Source: Paragordius varius (taxonomy: Eukaryota > Animalia > Nematomorpha). From it: a stretch of 64,000 bases of DNA. The stretch's first letter is position 1. Every line of letters begins with the position of its first letter. The stretch spans positions 6,758,001 to 6,822,000 of the forward strand of contig OZ176053.1 in the NCBI GenBank assembly GCA_964247055.1, given 5' to 3'. Position numbers and translations under genes: made by a program. The notes beneath the pieces were generated by a model. That model made no database searches. It was given only the letters and a program-made list of their open reading frames with translations, and was not told where the DNA came from. Positions 40,027-52,243 of the stretch are shown in pieces.

Positions 40027-43000
40027 TTAAAGTATAGATAGTGCAGCGGAAAGAAAATTTTCATATGAGAATGTAGCTTGTCCGTTGCGATATGTATCAA
40101 ATTTAGCAAATTCATTTGTGAGATTCTAACATAATTAAAATAAATGTTGAGATATAGCTAAATATTTATATATTTATAACAAGTATTACATTCTAATATA
40201 AATGTAATTGCGTCCACATAAAACGGATTATATAGTTGACTCTCAAATTCCTAATTTTTCTATTTTATATTAAAACAAATAGTAAAAAAATCTCGATTGC
40301 TGTATCTAATGTTTGACCCATCTATATATGCTTAGACGAAAAGTTAATTTAAAAAGTTTATCATTTTGGTGAATCCATGTGCACTAACATGGCAGGAAAA
40401 TAAACTTTTTTATTAAAATTCGGTGTAAACAGTGGACATCATGACCCCATTTCATGATGAGCTTTTTTTTTATAAAAATAGCGCTTTTTCACTAATTAGA
40501 TAGTGTTGAATATATAAATTCTCAAATTATTAATCAAGGGTTAATTATTATAATCTTTTTGAAAACACCTTGAAAAGCTTTATAAAACCCCTAAAGAGTC
40601 TAAAATAAAAAAATCAATCAGTTTTTAAATTTTAAAAAAAGCTCCAGAATCTTAATAAATATATATTATTGAATAAAAAGTTAATTTTATAATGACATAT
40701 CTATTTTTCTCATAATCGGGGTATTATGGAAAGGGTAGGATGTAAAAAAGGAAATCAGTCAAGAAGGATTATATTCGGTTTTATTGAAGCAGTTTGATTA
40801 GCATATGGAGAATGTAGTACACAGGATTGTGCATTTGACTGCTTTTTTAAAAAAGCCCGGTCAGACCATGGTCATGACCACTTTTTACATAGGTAAATAT
40901 CATGCGATATTGGATTGTGAAAATAATGTCATGTTTTTTCTTAAAAGTTTGTATTATACATTTTTTTTTATTTTATTATTTATAAATTTCAATCAAATTT
41001 ATACAAAAATTTTGTTTTTAAATAAATTTTGCTAAATGTTTGTGGCCTTCAGAATCTGCATATACATAGCTAATAATGCAAGATATTTCAAATAAAATTG
41101 TACATAGCTTGTTTTACACTTACTTCCAATTATGAAATATTTTTTCATTTTATTGGTTCTCATATATGGAAAAATTGCATATTTTGCAATGTGCTTGATT
41201 GTTTTTCGAAATAACTGGATATGCTTAAATGCTAATGTTATAAGGATGCATGTTTAACAATTTTATATTTTTTAAAAATATAAAAAAACAAAAAATCTCA
41301 TTATCACTCTTCCAATAAAATATACCAACTTTCAAAAAGCAGCTGTTTTTTTAAATGACCATGGTCAAAAAATAAATAGTCATTGACTTGGTCAGCACAA
41401 CCCTAGTAGTACAATTAATATGCATTTAAAATTACCGTAAAAATTTTAAGTTCATTTATCCAATGGCACTCCTGTTTCCAAAAGCACGTAAATGATTGAA
41501 AAAAAGTTATGACATCAGATAAAAAAATAACTAAAATATCCATGTTTTTGTGACACCAAGAAAAATTGTTGTGCTCATTAAAAAAACTAATTGATACAAT
41601 AAATACTAAAATACAAAGTTGGATATAAGAAAAATCGAATATATTTAAAATACAGGAGTTATTTATTATTAAAAATTATAGATTCATAATTGCGAAAAGC
41701 ACCTATCAATGTTTACATCAATAAAAGGTATTTGCCCAACCATTTCGCATGCAATCAAACCTAGAATACCAAAAGTCAATCAGCTATACATGAACATATA
41801 AGATATCTTAAAAAAAATATATTAAGTCGGTGTCCATTCAATCTTTAAATACGCGAGTTGTATGACGATAAAACTGGAATAAATACTACTAAATTATGGA
41901 AAAGTAATGATATTACTATGAAAAATAAAGTAAGAGTTTTGAAATGCATGGTTTTTCTGGTAGCGAGTAATGCTGCAAAAGGTTGAGCATTATAACTTGA
42001 GAAAGTGTTGAATATAAGGAGGTCTGATAAGGTTAAGACTGAAACAATAAAAGAAAAATTAGATGAGAGCTTAATGGAAACTATAATAAAAAGTTTACAT
42101 ATATAAGGCACATTTTAAAAAGTACATCCCTTAAGAAAGATTTGATTTTTGGGAAAGTTTGAAAGAAAAAAGGAAGATAATATTAAAATGGCTGGAGACT
42201 GTAAAGAAGGAATTTGGTACAAGTATAACTGAATTAAAGGATATGGGAAAGATACAAAGTGAGGGAAGTAGTTAGTTTAATTTCCAAGGAGTGGGAACCG
42301 ACCTTAGTAATTCCTGCCTACCTACCCTATATTACAATCACAAAACTGTAAAAATACCAACATAATATATGAACTAATATTGTAATTTTTGTTTATTGCG
42401 TTGTTAAAATTTGAAAAGAAAAATTTAAATTTGCCTCCATTTTTTAAAAAAAAGAAAAAATTGAAATTATTCTCCAGTTTTCTTCTATAGAAACTTTGAT
42501 GGAATGACATTATTACTATAATTCATATTAGTCTACAAAATCACATTTTAAGGGTAATATGTGGTATATATTAAGATTAATCCCCTTAAAGTAACCCTTT
42601 GTTAATTAACATAGATGATATAATTCTGAATAAATTATTATTAAAAAATAAATTATATTTTAAGTAAATAATATTAATTTTTTATTTTACCAAGATATTT
42701 TGATAAATTAAATATGTATTTATTTTTTTCACATTTTTCGCGGGCCGGATTCTTCTTTTATAAAGACGCATGCGGCCCGAGTGTTGCAACACCTGGTCTA
42801 AGGGTTTCTCATACGAAGAGCGGTCTTTATAGGGAATTTTAACAGAATTTCTTTAATCTGGTATTGAAATCGCAGGATTTTCTGCCACGTTTTCGAAAAA
42901 AATTAACAATTTTATATGGTATCACTGGTTATTATATAATTGCAAAGATATGATGTCTTATAATGTTCAGAGTATGATATTTTTCCGTGAAATCGATATA

Positions 43001-43841
43001 AATAATTTTTTTGGGATTATTCCTTCACCAAAAAAACTTCATGTAACGGAATTAAAAACAAAACCATATCATATTTAATAGAGAAAAAAAATAAAAACAA
43101 AAATAAATTTTAGACTAGACGTTTCACAAAAAGGTGGCCAATGTAGGGAAATCAGTAACCTAATAATGATGAAGAGTTTGATTAATATAAGTTTTATAAA
43201 ATAATTACTCTACGAATGTAAAACCTAATTTTACATAACCAATCAAATAATTATTATCAAAATTAAACACAATTCTAAAATACCAATTTAATTCCAAGAT
43301 AAAGATATTATATATACTATGTTTAATTTGTAATTATAGTAAACGTAATTTATATACTTGTAATGCAAGACAGCATCTAATAAAGTCATCAAAGTAAATC
43401 ATATTTTTTCGCTGGCGATCAAATTTAAGAAATAATATTTGGTATATGGTGTCGCTTAAACGAAAACCTGTAATTATTATTAAATAAACCTTGCGTTTGT
43501 AATAATTGTTTAAGTTCATCCTTAGATATAGAACCACTTTTATCCTTATCACATATTTGGAAAATTTTTTGCCAATCATTAATATAATTCCATAAATTTT
43601 GAAATTCATTAAAATTAAGTTGTCCTTTGTAATTTTGATCAAATTTGGACATGAGCATTTTTATAGTTTCCATATGAAATGGTTCCCATGTCCCTTAAAT
43701 TAAAAATATGCATACCATTTGATAAACATTGCTGCAATTCGGTACAACTTATTAATCCACTCCCATCTTTATCAACGCTATTGTATTTTTACAAATTATT
43801 TACTGATTAAAAATGTTTTTCAATTGAGGATCATATGACAT
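40027..43841 (-). CDS. PDCD6: Programmed cell death protein 6 / ALG-2 (penta-EF-hand protein)
   Basis: Exons 43841-43804, 43777-43716, 43693-43490, 43467-43358, 40125-40027. Spliced product (~170 aa): [39 protein letters not shown]...NLWNYINDWQKIFQICDKDKSGSISKDELKQ...GFRLSD...KFDRQRKNMIYFDDFIRCCLALQNLTNEFAKFDTYRNGQATFSYENFLSAALSIL*. The short N-terminus favours PDCD6 over peflin, sorcin or grancalcin. Confidence 0.95.
40822..41405. mobile_element. hAT MITE (TAGGGTTG-type TIR) inside PDCD6 intron 4
   Basis: Perfect 8-bp TSD GTAGTACA (40814-21 and 41406-13); ends with CAACCCTA. It is colinear with the copy at 53762-54378. Confidence 0.88.
41860..42270 (+). mobile_element. Decayed RTE/BovB-like LINE 3' fragment inside PDCD6 intron 4
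   Basis: RHILKSTSLKKDLIFGKV and KWLETVKKEFGTSITELKDM resemble the RTE ORF2 C-terminus (GHILRR.SLEKDLMLGKVEG...RWLD.IKE). Confidence 0.7.
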
Positions 43842-44922
43842 TTTAAAATACGGCTTCACTTTTCACCGTATAACAAATATTTTTCACCTATTTGCATCTT
43901 CCCAATACTTATATAGTTCATGGGACCCTATTGGTTCACCAATTCGAAGGGGTGTGCCCCGTCCTATTGTCATTGTCAACATAAACCGGCGGTTTAGTAT
44001 TACGCCACAGTTTTTAACTCTTTACTCTTATATAACGATTTTATAAAATGGGTTTTTCAATAACATTTTTATCATATCCGTTTATTGATTTGCAAATACG
44101 GCCTAATTTAAAATAATCAACAATTATTTTATCAATATAATGTTATATCCCTTTTGAGCGTTTATAACATTGGTACTTGAACCAGGGCTCTCGGGCTGCA
44201 TGCCATCCCAAAAGCTCCTTTTTATGCGCCTGAATTCATTTTATTTTTGAAGTACTAATTAGATGTTTTAATATATGCCTGTGTCAAACAGTATGCAAAA
44301 AGCACCCAAAAAATAAAGGGCTAAAAAATTTATCTTGTCCCAAGGGCCGTTCACCATATAATACCGATAAACTTTATAGCCGTTTGAAACATTAGATATT
44401 TATACCCAAAATAAATACATAAAATTTTTCTAAATAATTTAGGAGCATAAGCTGTACAATATATTTTGTTATTCTAGGATGCGGGGCCCTTGAGAAAAGA
44501 TAATATTTTTTGCAGCCCTTTTTTGGTAATAACCACTGATCAATAAAAAAATTTATATCTATAAAAAATTTGGTTATCTTAGAAGTGATTTGTATATGAG
44601 CTATACATGACGGAATATAATGGCCAATATACATTTAAAAAAAGCTTTCAAATGACCTGATAATGCTGATAGTGATGTGTAAAATTATGTCTTCCGCATC
44701 GATATATTTAGTTAACATAAATAAATCAAAAATCAAGTGAATGACTAGAAATTCATATAATATTAACTGCTTGTTTAAATGAGTGGATTACTAACTTCGT
44801 TTAATAACCTAGTTAATACGTTTCAGCTGGAAATCAAATTTTATGCAATTCGCAGCATTTTTTCTAGACTTCCGCGCGATAAAAATAAAATTCATAATAT
44901 GCATGTATGTATGCCTGTAGAT

Positions 44923-47100
44923 CGGTGGCACTCAAACCACGGCTCGCGGGCCGCATGAGGCCCTAAGAGTCCTTTAAAATTGCCATATGACCATATTGAT
45001 ACTTAGATGATTTTTTTTATTGATGAATCTAAAAAACACTAAACAAATTTTCGCTTATTTTAATAGTAATTTATTTTCTTTAGATTTAATTTTGGTAATT
45101 TTTATTTTTTACCCAATTTGGAAAAATATAATCTACATTAAATTTTAAAATTTTGGCACACGTTGTTTCTGTTTCTGTATTCTATTTTCTTTTCTATTTC
45201 GAAATTTTTATTGCATTCCTTTTTTGTATTTAAGCAAGCCTTTCACCCAAACTTGCATATACATATTAACATAATTAATTTCGACCTGTTTTTTTATAGC
45301 AGAATTCAAATTATCCTATTTTTTAAAAAAAATTTACATAATATTTTAACATATATTCAAAGAATGACATCTAATGCTAAAAAACGTAGATTTCCCGATG
45401 AAAATCGCCCCTTAAAAATATTGGGAAGAAAAATTTTTTGTCGTTTTTAAAGAAAAATGTTGTTACCTGCTTTATATGTAAGGACAACAAAATTATAAAA
45501 AAATCAATATGAAAAACATCGCGATGTGCGCTCTTCGTGAGATTTTGCAACGACAACATATTCAACGAAGACTATTTAAAATTTTTAAATTTTTACCAAT
45601 GAATAACCAAGAAAGGAAGTAATTTTCTCGAAATAATTAGCACTTTTTTCGATAGTAATGATATATCTATGAAAAAATTGGTTTTGATCTGCTCAGATGG
45701 CTGTCCCTCTATGATAGAAAAAAGGATTTATTCCTCTTTAAACAAATATAATTTGCAAAATATTTTATCCTTTCACTGCTTTGTTCATCAGCAAAACTTG
45801 GTTTCGCGTTTAAAAGATGAATCACTCAATTCAGTAATTAAAACGATTGTGGATATAGTTAACCACATCCGTGGCAGAGAAATCAACCGGCGTAAATTCA
45901 ATTATGAGAGATATCCACAGTGAGTTTGATGATATTCTTCTGTACACTGCTGTGAGATGGCTAAGCCTTAAAAAGTATTAAATAGATTATTTGTTTTAAG
46001 ACATGAAATTCTATTATTTATAAAAGATAACAGAAAGTTTGACGAGTAAATTAATAGTGACAAACGGTTGGTTTTATTAGCCTACCTTTACGACATTACT
46101 TACAAGCTTAGTATTTTTAATAAAGGTTTTTAAGGGAGAAAAATAATAACCCAATTCGCTAATTAAATATTTGCTTTTGACTAAAAATTTATAATATATA
46201 AACAAAATTTTATATTTAAACACTCCTATCTAACACTTAAAACGATTCATTAAGAAATAGTGGAATTTACCGCGGATATTGATTTAGTAATAGACAAGCA
46301 TTTAATATTTTTGTATGATGAGATGAAATTCTGTTTTCAAGAATTAATAACTATTAAAATTGATTAAAACTCGCTGAAAATCCATGATAAGGATATATCC
46401 AATATTAAGCAACTTGAACATTTCGGTTTTAATCAGGCGCATATTATTGAACAAGATTTTAAATGATTTCAATTTGGAGTCTATATTCAAGGAGAATCGT
46501 AGAGAAGAAAGATTTGTATAATTTTGGCATAATGTGCCAAATAAATATGTAAAAAAATGTGCTCAGGTTATCCCAACTGTTTTTCCCCAACTTACACGTG
46601 AGAGTGGCATATTTAAATATGAAATATGTCAAGAATACATATAAAAATCGCTTAACCGATGATCATATGGACGTCGTATAAAGATTGGCCTGTCATGAGG
46701 CAAAAACCAATTTGTCAAAAATTATTGGTTAATATCAAAATTTGTTATCAAAATATTTTTTTTCAAAATGGTGCCATTCTCTTTTTTAATGTTTTGGGAT
46801 GATATATAAGGTTTGTGAGTCATTTGCTTCAGTTTCTGGAACATTGGCTGCATTAATCCTTTTTTGTTATTCAATTCAAAGTAAACGAGGCCGACCACCG
46901 ATGATGTGGTTGGATATCATAAAAGAGGAGACTAAAATGACATTGAGCGATCTCAATCTAGTGGTAAAAGATAGAAGAAAGTGGAAAGAAATAGTGAAAA
47001 CTTTATCCAAAAAGTCGTTTACGACTTAGGAATAACCAACCAACCAAATGGTGCCAAACGAGTTTTTAGCTGGATTTACGTGCGATCCGCGAAAAATTTA
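44923..47100 (+). mobile_element. Decayed hAT transposon, Buster/Charlie/SPIN group (GTF2IRD2-like transposase pseudogene)
   Basis: 5' TIR-like end CGGTGGCACTCAAAC. Transposase remnants MTSNAKKRRF, KLVLICSDGCPSM, FHCFVHQQNL, IVNHIRGREINRRKF, LLYTAVRWLS, LAYLYDI. Many frameshifts; the 3' boundary is approximate. Confidence 0.85.
46777..47045 (+). mobile_element. 5'-truncated RTE LINE insertion with TSD
   Basis: KRGRPPMMWLDIIKEETKMTLSDL...KDRRKWKEIV is followed by an (ACCA)n-type tail. An 11-bp TSD AAATGGTGCCA flanks it (46766-76 and 47046-56). Confidence 0.85.
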
Positions 47101-47144
47101 TTGTGCTGATTTAGAGTATAAATATGTGCATAAGTGTCAAATAG

Positions 47145-47543
47145 CTATGGAATATTTGCCATTATAAGGTTCATGGCCTTCGAAAAAAAAGATATTTTAT
47201 TTGGCCCGTCAAATTTTTTGGTGAGTACCACTGATGTAAATACTTTCATTTCCGTACCGGACCTGGCTAATATTTTGTATACTTTGTTGAAAACATCCCG
47301 GAACCTTATTTCTGTAGCCATGTAGCAATAATTAGGCTCATTATTTATTTCTCCACACAAATTAATGACTGGGCACACTAAGTCCTGATAGTATTGCAAT
47401 GTTTTTGTATGTGCGAAATCTATACATAACAAACGACTGTAAATAAGGTAAATGTGCAAGATAGGTTTTAAAGCAATGGACGAATTGCAAATAAGTAATA
47501 ATTTAAAAAATTTATTAAATGACAATGCTTTCATCAAACACAC
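47145..47543 (-). CDS. Unassigned ORF or terminal exon, no recognisable family
   Basis: A 132-codon open frame is long for this base composition, and the 3' half looks protein-like (CPVINLCGEINNEPNYCYMATEIRFRDVFNKVY). I could not build a consistent gene model. Confidence 0.35.
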   Translation of the reverse strand: MCLMKALSFNKFFKLLLICNSSIALKPILHIYLIYSRLLCIDFAHTKTLQYYQDLVCPVINLCGEINNEPNYCYMATEIRFRDVFNKVYKILARSGTEMKVFTSVVLTKKFDGPNKISFFSKAMNLIMANIP

Positions 47544-48238
47544 CCATTTATAAGCATGATCCCAATTTATTTATGATGGTATATGGCAAAAGTTGCTACC
47601 ATTTATCCCCATTCAATATCGTACTGTAAATACTTTGATGGTAAATATTTTATAGTTTAATTTTAATATATCAAAATAATAAAAAAACGAAAAACTAAAT
47701 ATCTTTAGACACAAATGCAAAGAAAACGAACAGTATCCACCTTTAGTAACCAATTGACAACATACTATATTGGTAAACAAAATGTTAAAATTAAACAATT
47801 TAAATTATTTAATTATGGACAAAATTTGTTTTAATAACACACGCTACTGTATAATCAATGCAACAATAAGGTGAAAAGGCCAGCCTAAATGTGCATACTG
47901 TAATCAAACTTAATAAAATCTTAATATATGCTAAAAGGTATCAAAATATTATAATCCAATACTTTTTTAGGTTTAGAATCTGACTACCGAAAAATGGCGG
48001 ATATAATTAGGAATACAACAACGATGGAATCAAAAACATTGTTGTACATTAAAGATAGTATAAACGGTAAAAGTTGTGGTGCTACCTCTAAAATATTGAA
48101 CAATTGTTTGTAAAACACATCGCTGCCTTAGAAATATGGTGGTGGATGCTTAAAGTTGTCAAATATGAAAAGTGAAAGTAAGATAAATTTTTATGATTAA
48201 GGGCAACATAAAAACGATAGCAAAAAGTCATTCATTTA

Positions 48239-48523
48239 CAGTAAAAACTGAGAGTATACGGACAAAAAGTAAAAATATAAAGACAACAATTTATTCTAAA
48301 AGACAACCATACTTTTATAAAGCTTAATTTTTCTCCTATAAATTATATAATTACAATTGTAAAATATATAATTGATTTTGTAACCAATATACATATCAAT
48401 TTTATAACTGCATAACAATGTATCTTTTTATAAAATAAGTCTAAAAAGTATGGTTGTCTTTTAGAAAAAAAACAATTGTCATTATATTTTTAGGTTTTGT
48501 CAGTATAATTTTAATTTTTACTG
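48239..48523. mobile_element. TA-flanked MITE (Tc1/mariner-like) with ~80-bp imperfect TIRs
   Basis: TA|CAGTAAAAA...TTTTTACTG|TA. Arms at 48239-48315 and 48445-48523 are reverse complements with mismatches. Confidence 0.65.
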
Positions 48524-48597
48524 TATTTAGGTCATCGAAGTGCGATTTAATTTTCAGAATAAATAAGGGAGAAAAGGGAAAGGCTTATGGCTTAACA

Positions 48598-48892
48598 CAG
48601 GGTTGTCCAACACAAATGGCATCACGAGCCGTATTTAAAATATATATAAGCCCCTGTTATAGTGGTAACTGACAGGCTAATTTGAATGAACCTTTTATTA
48701 TACTATTAGATTAACAGCACAAACAACATTCGTTATATATTATTATATTAACCTCTTAACTTATGTGTGTAGTATTATTATATTTTTATAACCTGACCAC
48801 CACGTGTGACTATTATTATTATACCTTGATTAATTGTATAAAAGCAGGCATCTCACTTTGATATATGTGAATACATTAGACCTAATTATCTT

Positions 48893-48927
<35 letters not shown>

Positions 48928-51540
48928 TAGATAGATCATTATATGCCAACGAACATATATACAATAAATTTACCGTTATTAACGCTACTTGTAGTCCCCA
49001 TTTATTATTGGAGGCCAAGACGAGTATGGCAGACGAACCAATGAATATCACAGATCCTCACGCTAGCATTGCCAATTTATACATAGAAAAATACAATGAT
49101 AATAATAAATTCGAAGATTACCTCGAGTATATTAGCATCGTACTAGAGGCAACGGAACGCTTAAATCAACTTTACTAGCATATGGCAGATTCATGATAGT
49201 AAGAAAGATTAACAAACGCCTATACCCCAAGAAAATAAAAGACGCCACGTGGGCGGAAATTACGGAAACGGGGAAAAAATATTCAATCCGACAAAATCGA
49301 AATTCCAAAGCCGGTTTGAATTTTATAGGCTGGTACGCAACGATGGTGAAAGTTTCACGCAATTCCTTGAACGTGTCAAGATAGGAGCAGAAGAAGCTCA
49401 ATTCACTGAAGCCATGGAACAGCGTATACTGGATGCCTTCGTAATAGGATTGCGACAACCTCAACTAGTAGATATCCATTCCAGGTACCCAGATGCTTTG
49501 ATAAACGGTATTCCTGTTCCAATAGAAACAATCGTAGATCTCGCACTAGCACCTGAGGCTGCTAGGGCTGGATTACAGAACAACAATAATAGTAATAACA
49601 ATAGCAATCGATATAGTAACAGCAATAATAATATCAATCGGTTACATCATAATAAATCCAATCGACAAACAATAATAAAATCTTCTACTACATGTAAATA
49701 TTGCGGCACCACACACCCACCCAATAAGTGTCCAGCCTGGAGACGATCCTGCAACAAATGCGGAAAGCTGAACCATTTTGCTAGGATGTGTGTGGCCAAG
49801 AGATAAATACCCAACTTCAATAGGCAATTATTGAAGGAAGTCAAGGTAGGTGGTAATGCGCAAACACCCTTACTGATAACATTAGTAATAAACGGTTTAA
49901 AAAAAGACTTTATCTACGATACCGGTTCGTATATTAGTGTAATAAACTTTACACGTGGTAGCAAATTGGTAAACCCAAGCTAAGACCGACAACACCAGTG
50001 AAATCTTACAATAACACGACAGTGCCAATGATGGGGACATCAAGCGTCAAGGTCCAGGTAAATGGCAAACAAATGGTGGGACATATGTGTCCTAAGCAAA
50101 ACGATGGGGATGGCTCCGCTGATCTGTGGACTGGACGGCTAAATTCCAGATTGAGATGCCACAGGTTAAAGTTAATTATTTTAAATTAAATGAGATTTGT
50201 GAAAATTTTAAAAACTTATTCGAAAATAAGTTAGGGTGTTATAAAGACCCTGTAAAAATTCGCATTGCAGCGAATGCGATCCCGAAAGTATGGCCATGTC
50301 GCAGGGTGCCTTTTCCATTAAGAGAAAAGGTGGAGAAAGAGGAGGCTAGAAAAGTTAGGCATCTTAGAACCGGTTGATCCTAACATTACACCTGTGACAT
50401 AGGCCACGCCTACGGTTAATGTACTTAAACCGAATGGCGAATTAAGAATATGTAGTGATTTTCGGGTAACGATTAATAAGTGGTTGCAAGAAGACTCCCA
50501 TATAATCCCCACGTTTGATGCCTTAACCTGGTTAAATAGTAGGGCGAGATTGCTAGATGCACCGGCCCCCCGACGGCAGTTTGCCATTAATGACCTGGTA
50601 ATGATTAAAAATGAGTTAAGTCCAGGGTGGCGTGACGGAGAGATTACGGACCGTACAGGGTTTTTTTCATACAAGGTATGGGACAAGGACCGGGACAAAG
50701 TTGTGAGGAACACGCTGACCAAATGGTACAACAACCACAACCTACCACTTCCAGCAACACAGTGAGGAGGATGTACCACTGCCAAGGATGATGGAACAAT
50801 CGCCGAAACGCAACCAAACACGATCAATCCAAGTGACGAAACCAAACCGATTACCCCGACAGCCGAAAGTCCAAATAATGATAATACCCAGGATTCTGCG
50901 ACAACCAGCTCCCCCGCAAAAATACAGGAGCACGATACCCGACAAGAGGTCGTCAGAAACCCGCCTTTCGTCAGAAGGGGGTAGTGATGTTATAGTGGTA
51001 ACTGACAGGCTAATATGAATGAACCTTTTATTATACTATTAGATTGACCGCACAAACAACATTCGTTATATATTATTATATTAACCTCTTAACTTAGGTG
51101 TGTAGTATTATTATATTTTTATAACCTGTCCACCACGTGTGACTATTATTATTATACCTCAAGTTAATTTTATAAAGGCAAACATCTCATCTTGATATAT
51201 GTGAATACATTAGACCTAATTATCTTAAATAAACATATAGATAGATCATTATATACCAACAAACGTATATACAATATATTTACCGTTATTGACGCTACTT
51301 GTAGTCCCCATTTATTAGCCCCATAAATGATTTCCTAAATTTCCACCATAAATATGTAAAATAAAAACACTATTAACGATTTTTTCTTGTTCTTGCCAAT
51401 TGGATAGGCTATTTAGAAAAGTTATTTAGGAAATATCAATTTTACTAAGATGTCGTAAGCAATATTGGGAAATAATACATTTCCAAATTTTTCGCGGGCC
51501 GCACATAAAGTCGCGGAATGCCGCCTGTTGGAAACCGCTG
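48598..51540. mobile_element. Buster-type hAT MITE split by the LTR insertion
   Basis: 5' end CAGGGTTGTCCAACAC at 48598 and 3' end GTTGGAAACCGCTG at 51540. Flanks GCTTAACA and GCTTAGCG form a degenerate 8-bp TSD with central TA. A similar 3' end occurs near 42735-42797. Confidence 0.7.
48655..51317 (+). mobile_element. Internally deleted Ty3/gypsy-type LTR retrotransposon (2.66 kb)
   Basis: LTRs at 48655-49007 and 50988-51317, 5-bp TSD GCCCC, PBS TGGAGGCCAAGACGAG at 49009, and PPT AGAAGGGGGTAGTGA. It has a gag double zinc knuckle (CKYCGTTH..CPAWRRSCNKCGKLNHFARMC), a protease DTG motif, and an RT N-terminus (LRICSDFRVTINKWL) fused to the integrase C-terminal tail. Frameshifted. Confidence 0.95.
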
Positions 51541-52061
51541 GCTTAGCGTAAAGAAAAAATATGGACATTAATTTACCGGGAAATGGCTTATGAAATAAAA
51601 GTGTCGATTTCATCTTAAAAAAAGAACGAAAATTATAAGCTCTAAATTTTTTTTCATCCTTACAAAAAAGCGTCTTTTATAAGATATATATATATATATA
51701 AACCATTGGAAACTCCATCAAAAATTCGGGCACGTTTTGTTAATCCTTTAATTCGCCATATACGGTAGCGTGCGTTTCGAATTTAAAATATATGATAGAA
51801 ATTACATATTTAAAATTAGTTTATTAATGAATTAAAATTATATATCTTGTCTGTTTGCCAGAAACAAAAGCAGGGGCGAAACTACGGGGAGCTAGGGGAA
51901 GCAGTGCGGGGGGGCCCAAGAACCGGGGTCCTTTTTTATTATTTATATTAAATTTGGGCCCCCTTTCTATTTTGAGGGGGGGGGGGGGGCAAAATTCCAT
52001 ACCTTTTTTATTTTCAGATATGTAAGTAATTGCCTGTTTGTAAGTATACTGGCAAAGAATA

Positions 52062-52243
52062 CAGTAGCGTATGCAGTAAAAGATTGTTAGTGCAAAATAA
52101 TCTTAATGAACACAAAACAGGAGGATATTATGGATATGTTTATAAATAGGACTGAAAGATAATTAATATATGAAAATTGTCCTCCTGTTTTGTGTTCATT
52201 AAGATTATTTTGCACTAACAATCTTTTACTGCATACGCTACTG
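52062..52243. mobile_element. Young TA-flanked MITE with perfect 64-bp TIRs
   Basis: 52062-52125 is the exact reverse complement of 52180-52243, with TA on both sides. The same CAGTAGCGTA terminus occurs near 2418-2520, 47840 and 61423-61538. Confidence 0.93.

Noticed and set aside
37921-43841. MANF and PDCD6, both secretory-pathway proteins, are convergent neighbours
   Set aside because: Two broadly related genes side by side is not evidence of a functional cluster without synteny data.
43880-43982. GC-richer patch upstream of PDCD6 with a 32-codon upstream ORF or possible RNA gene
   Set aside because: It cannot be spliced in frame to PDCD6, and I could not fit a tRNA or snRNA structure. 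It is most likely promoter or UTR sequence.
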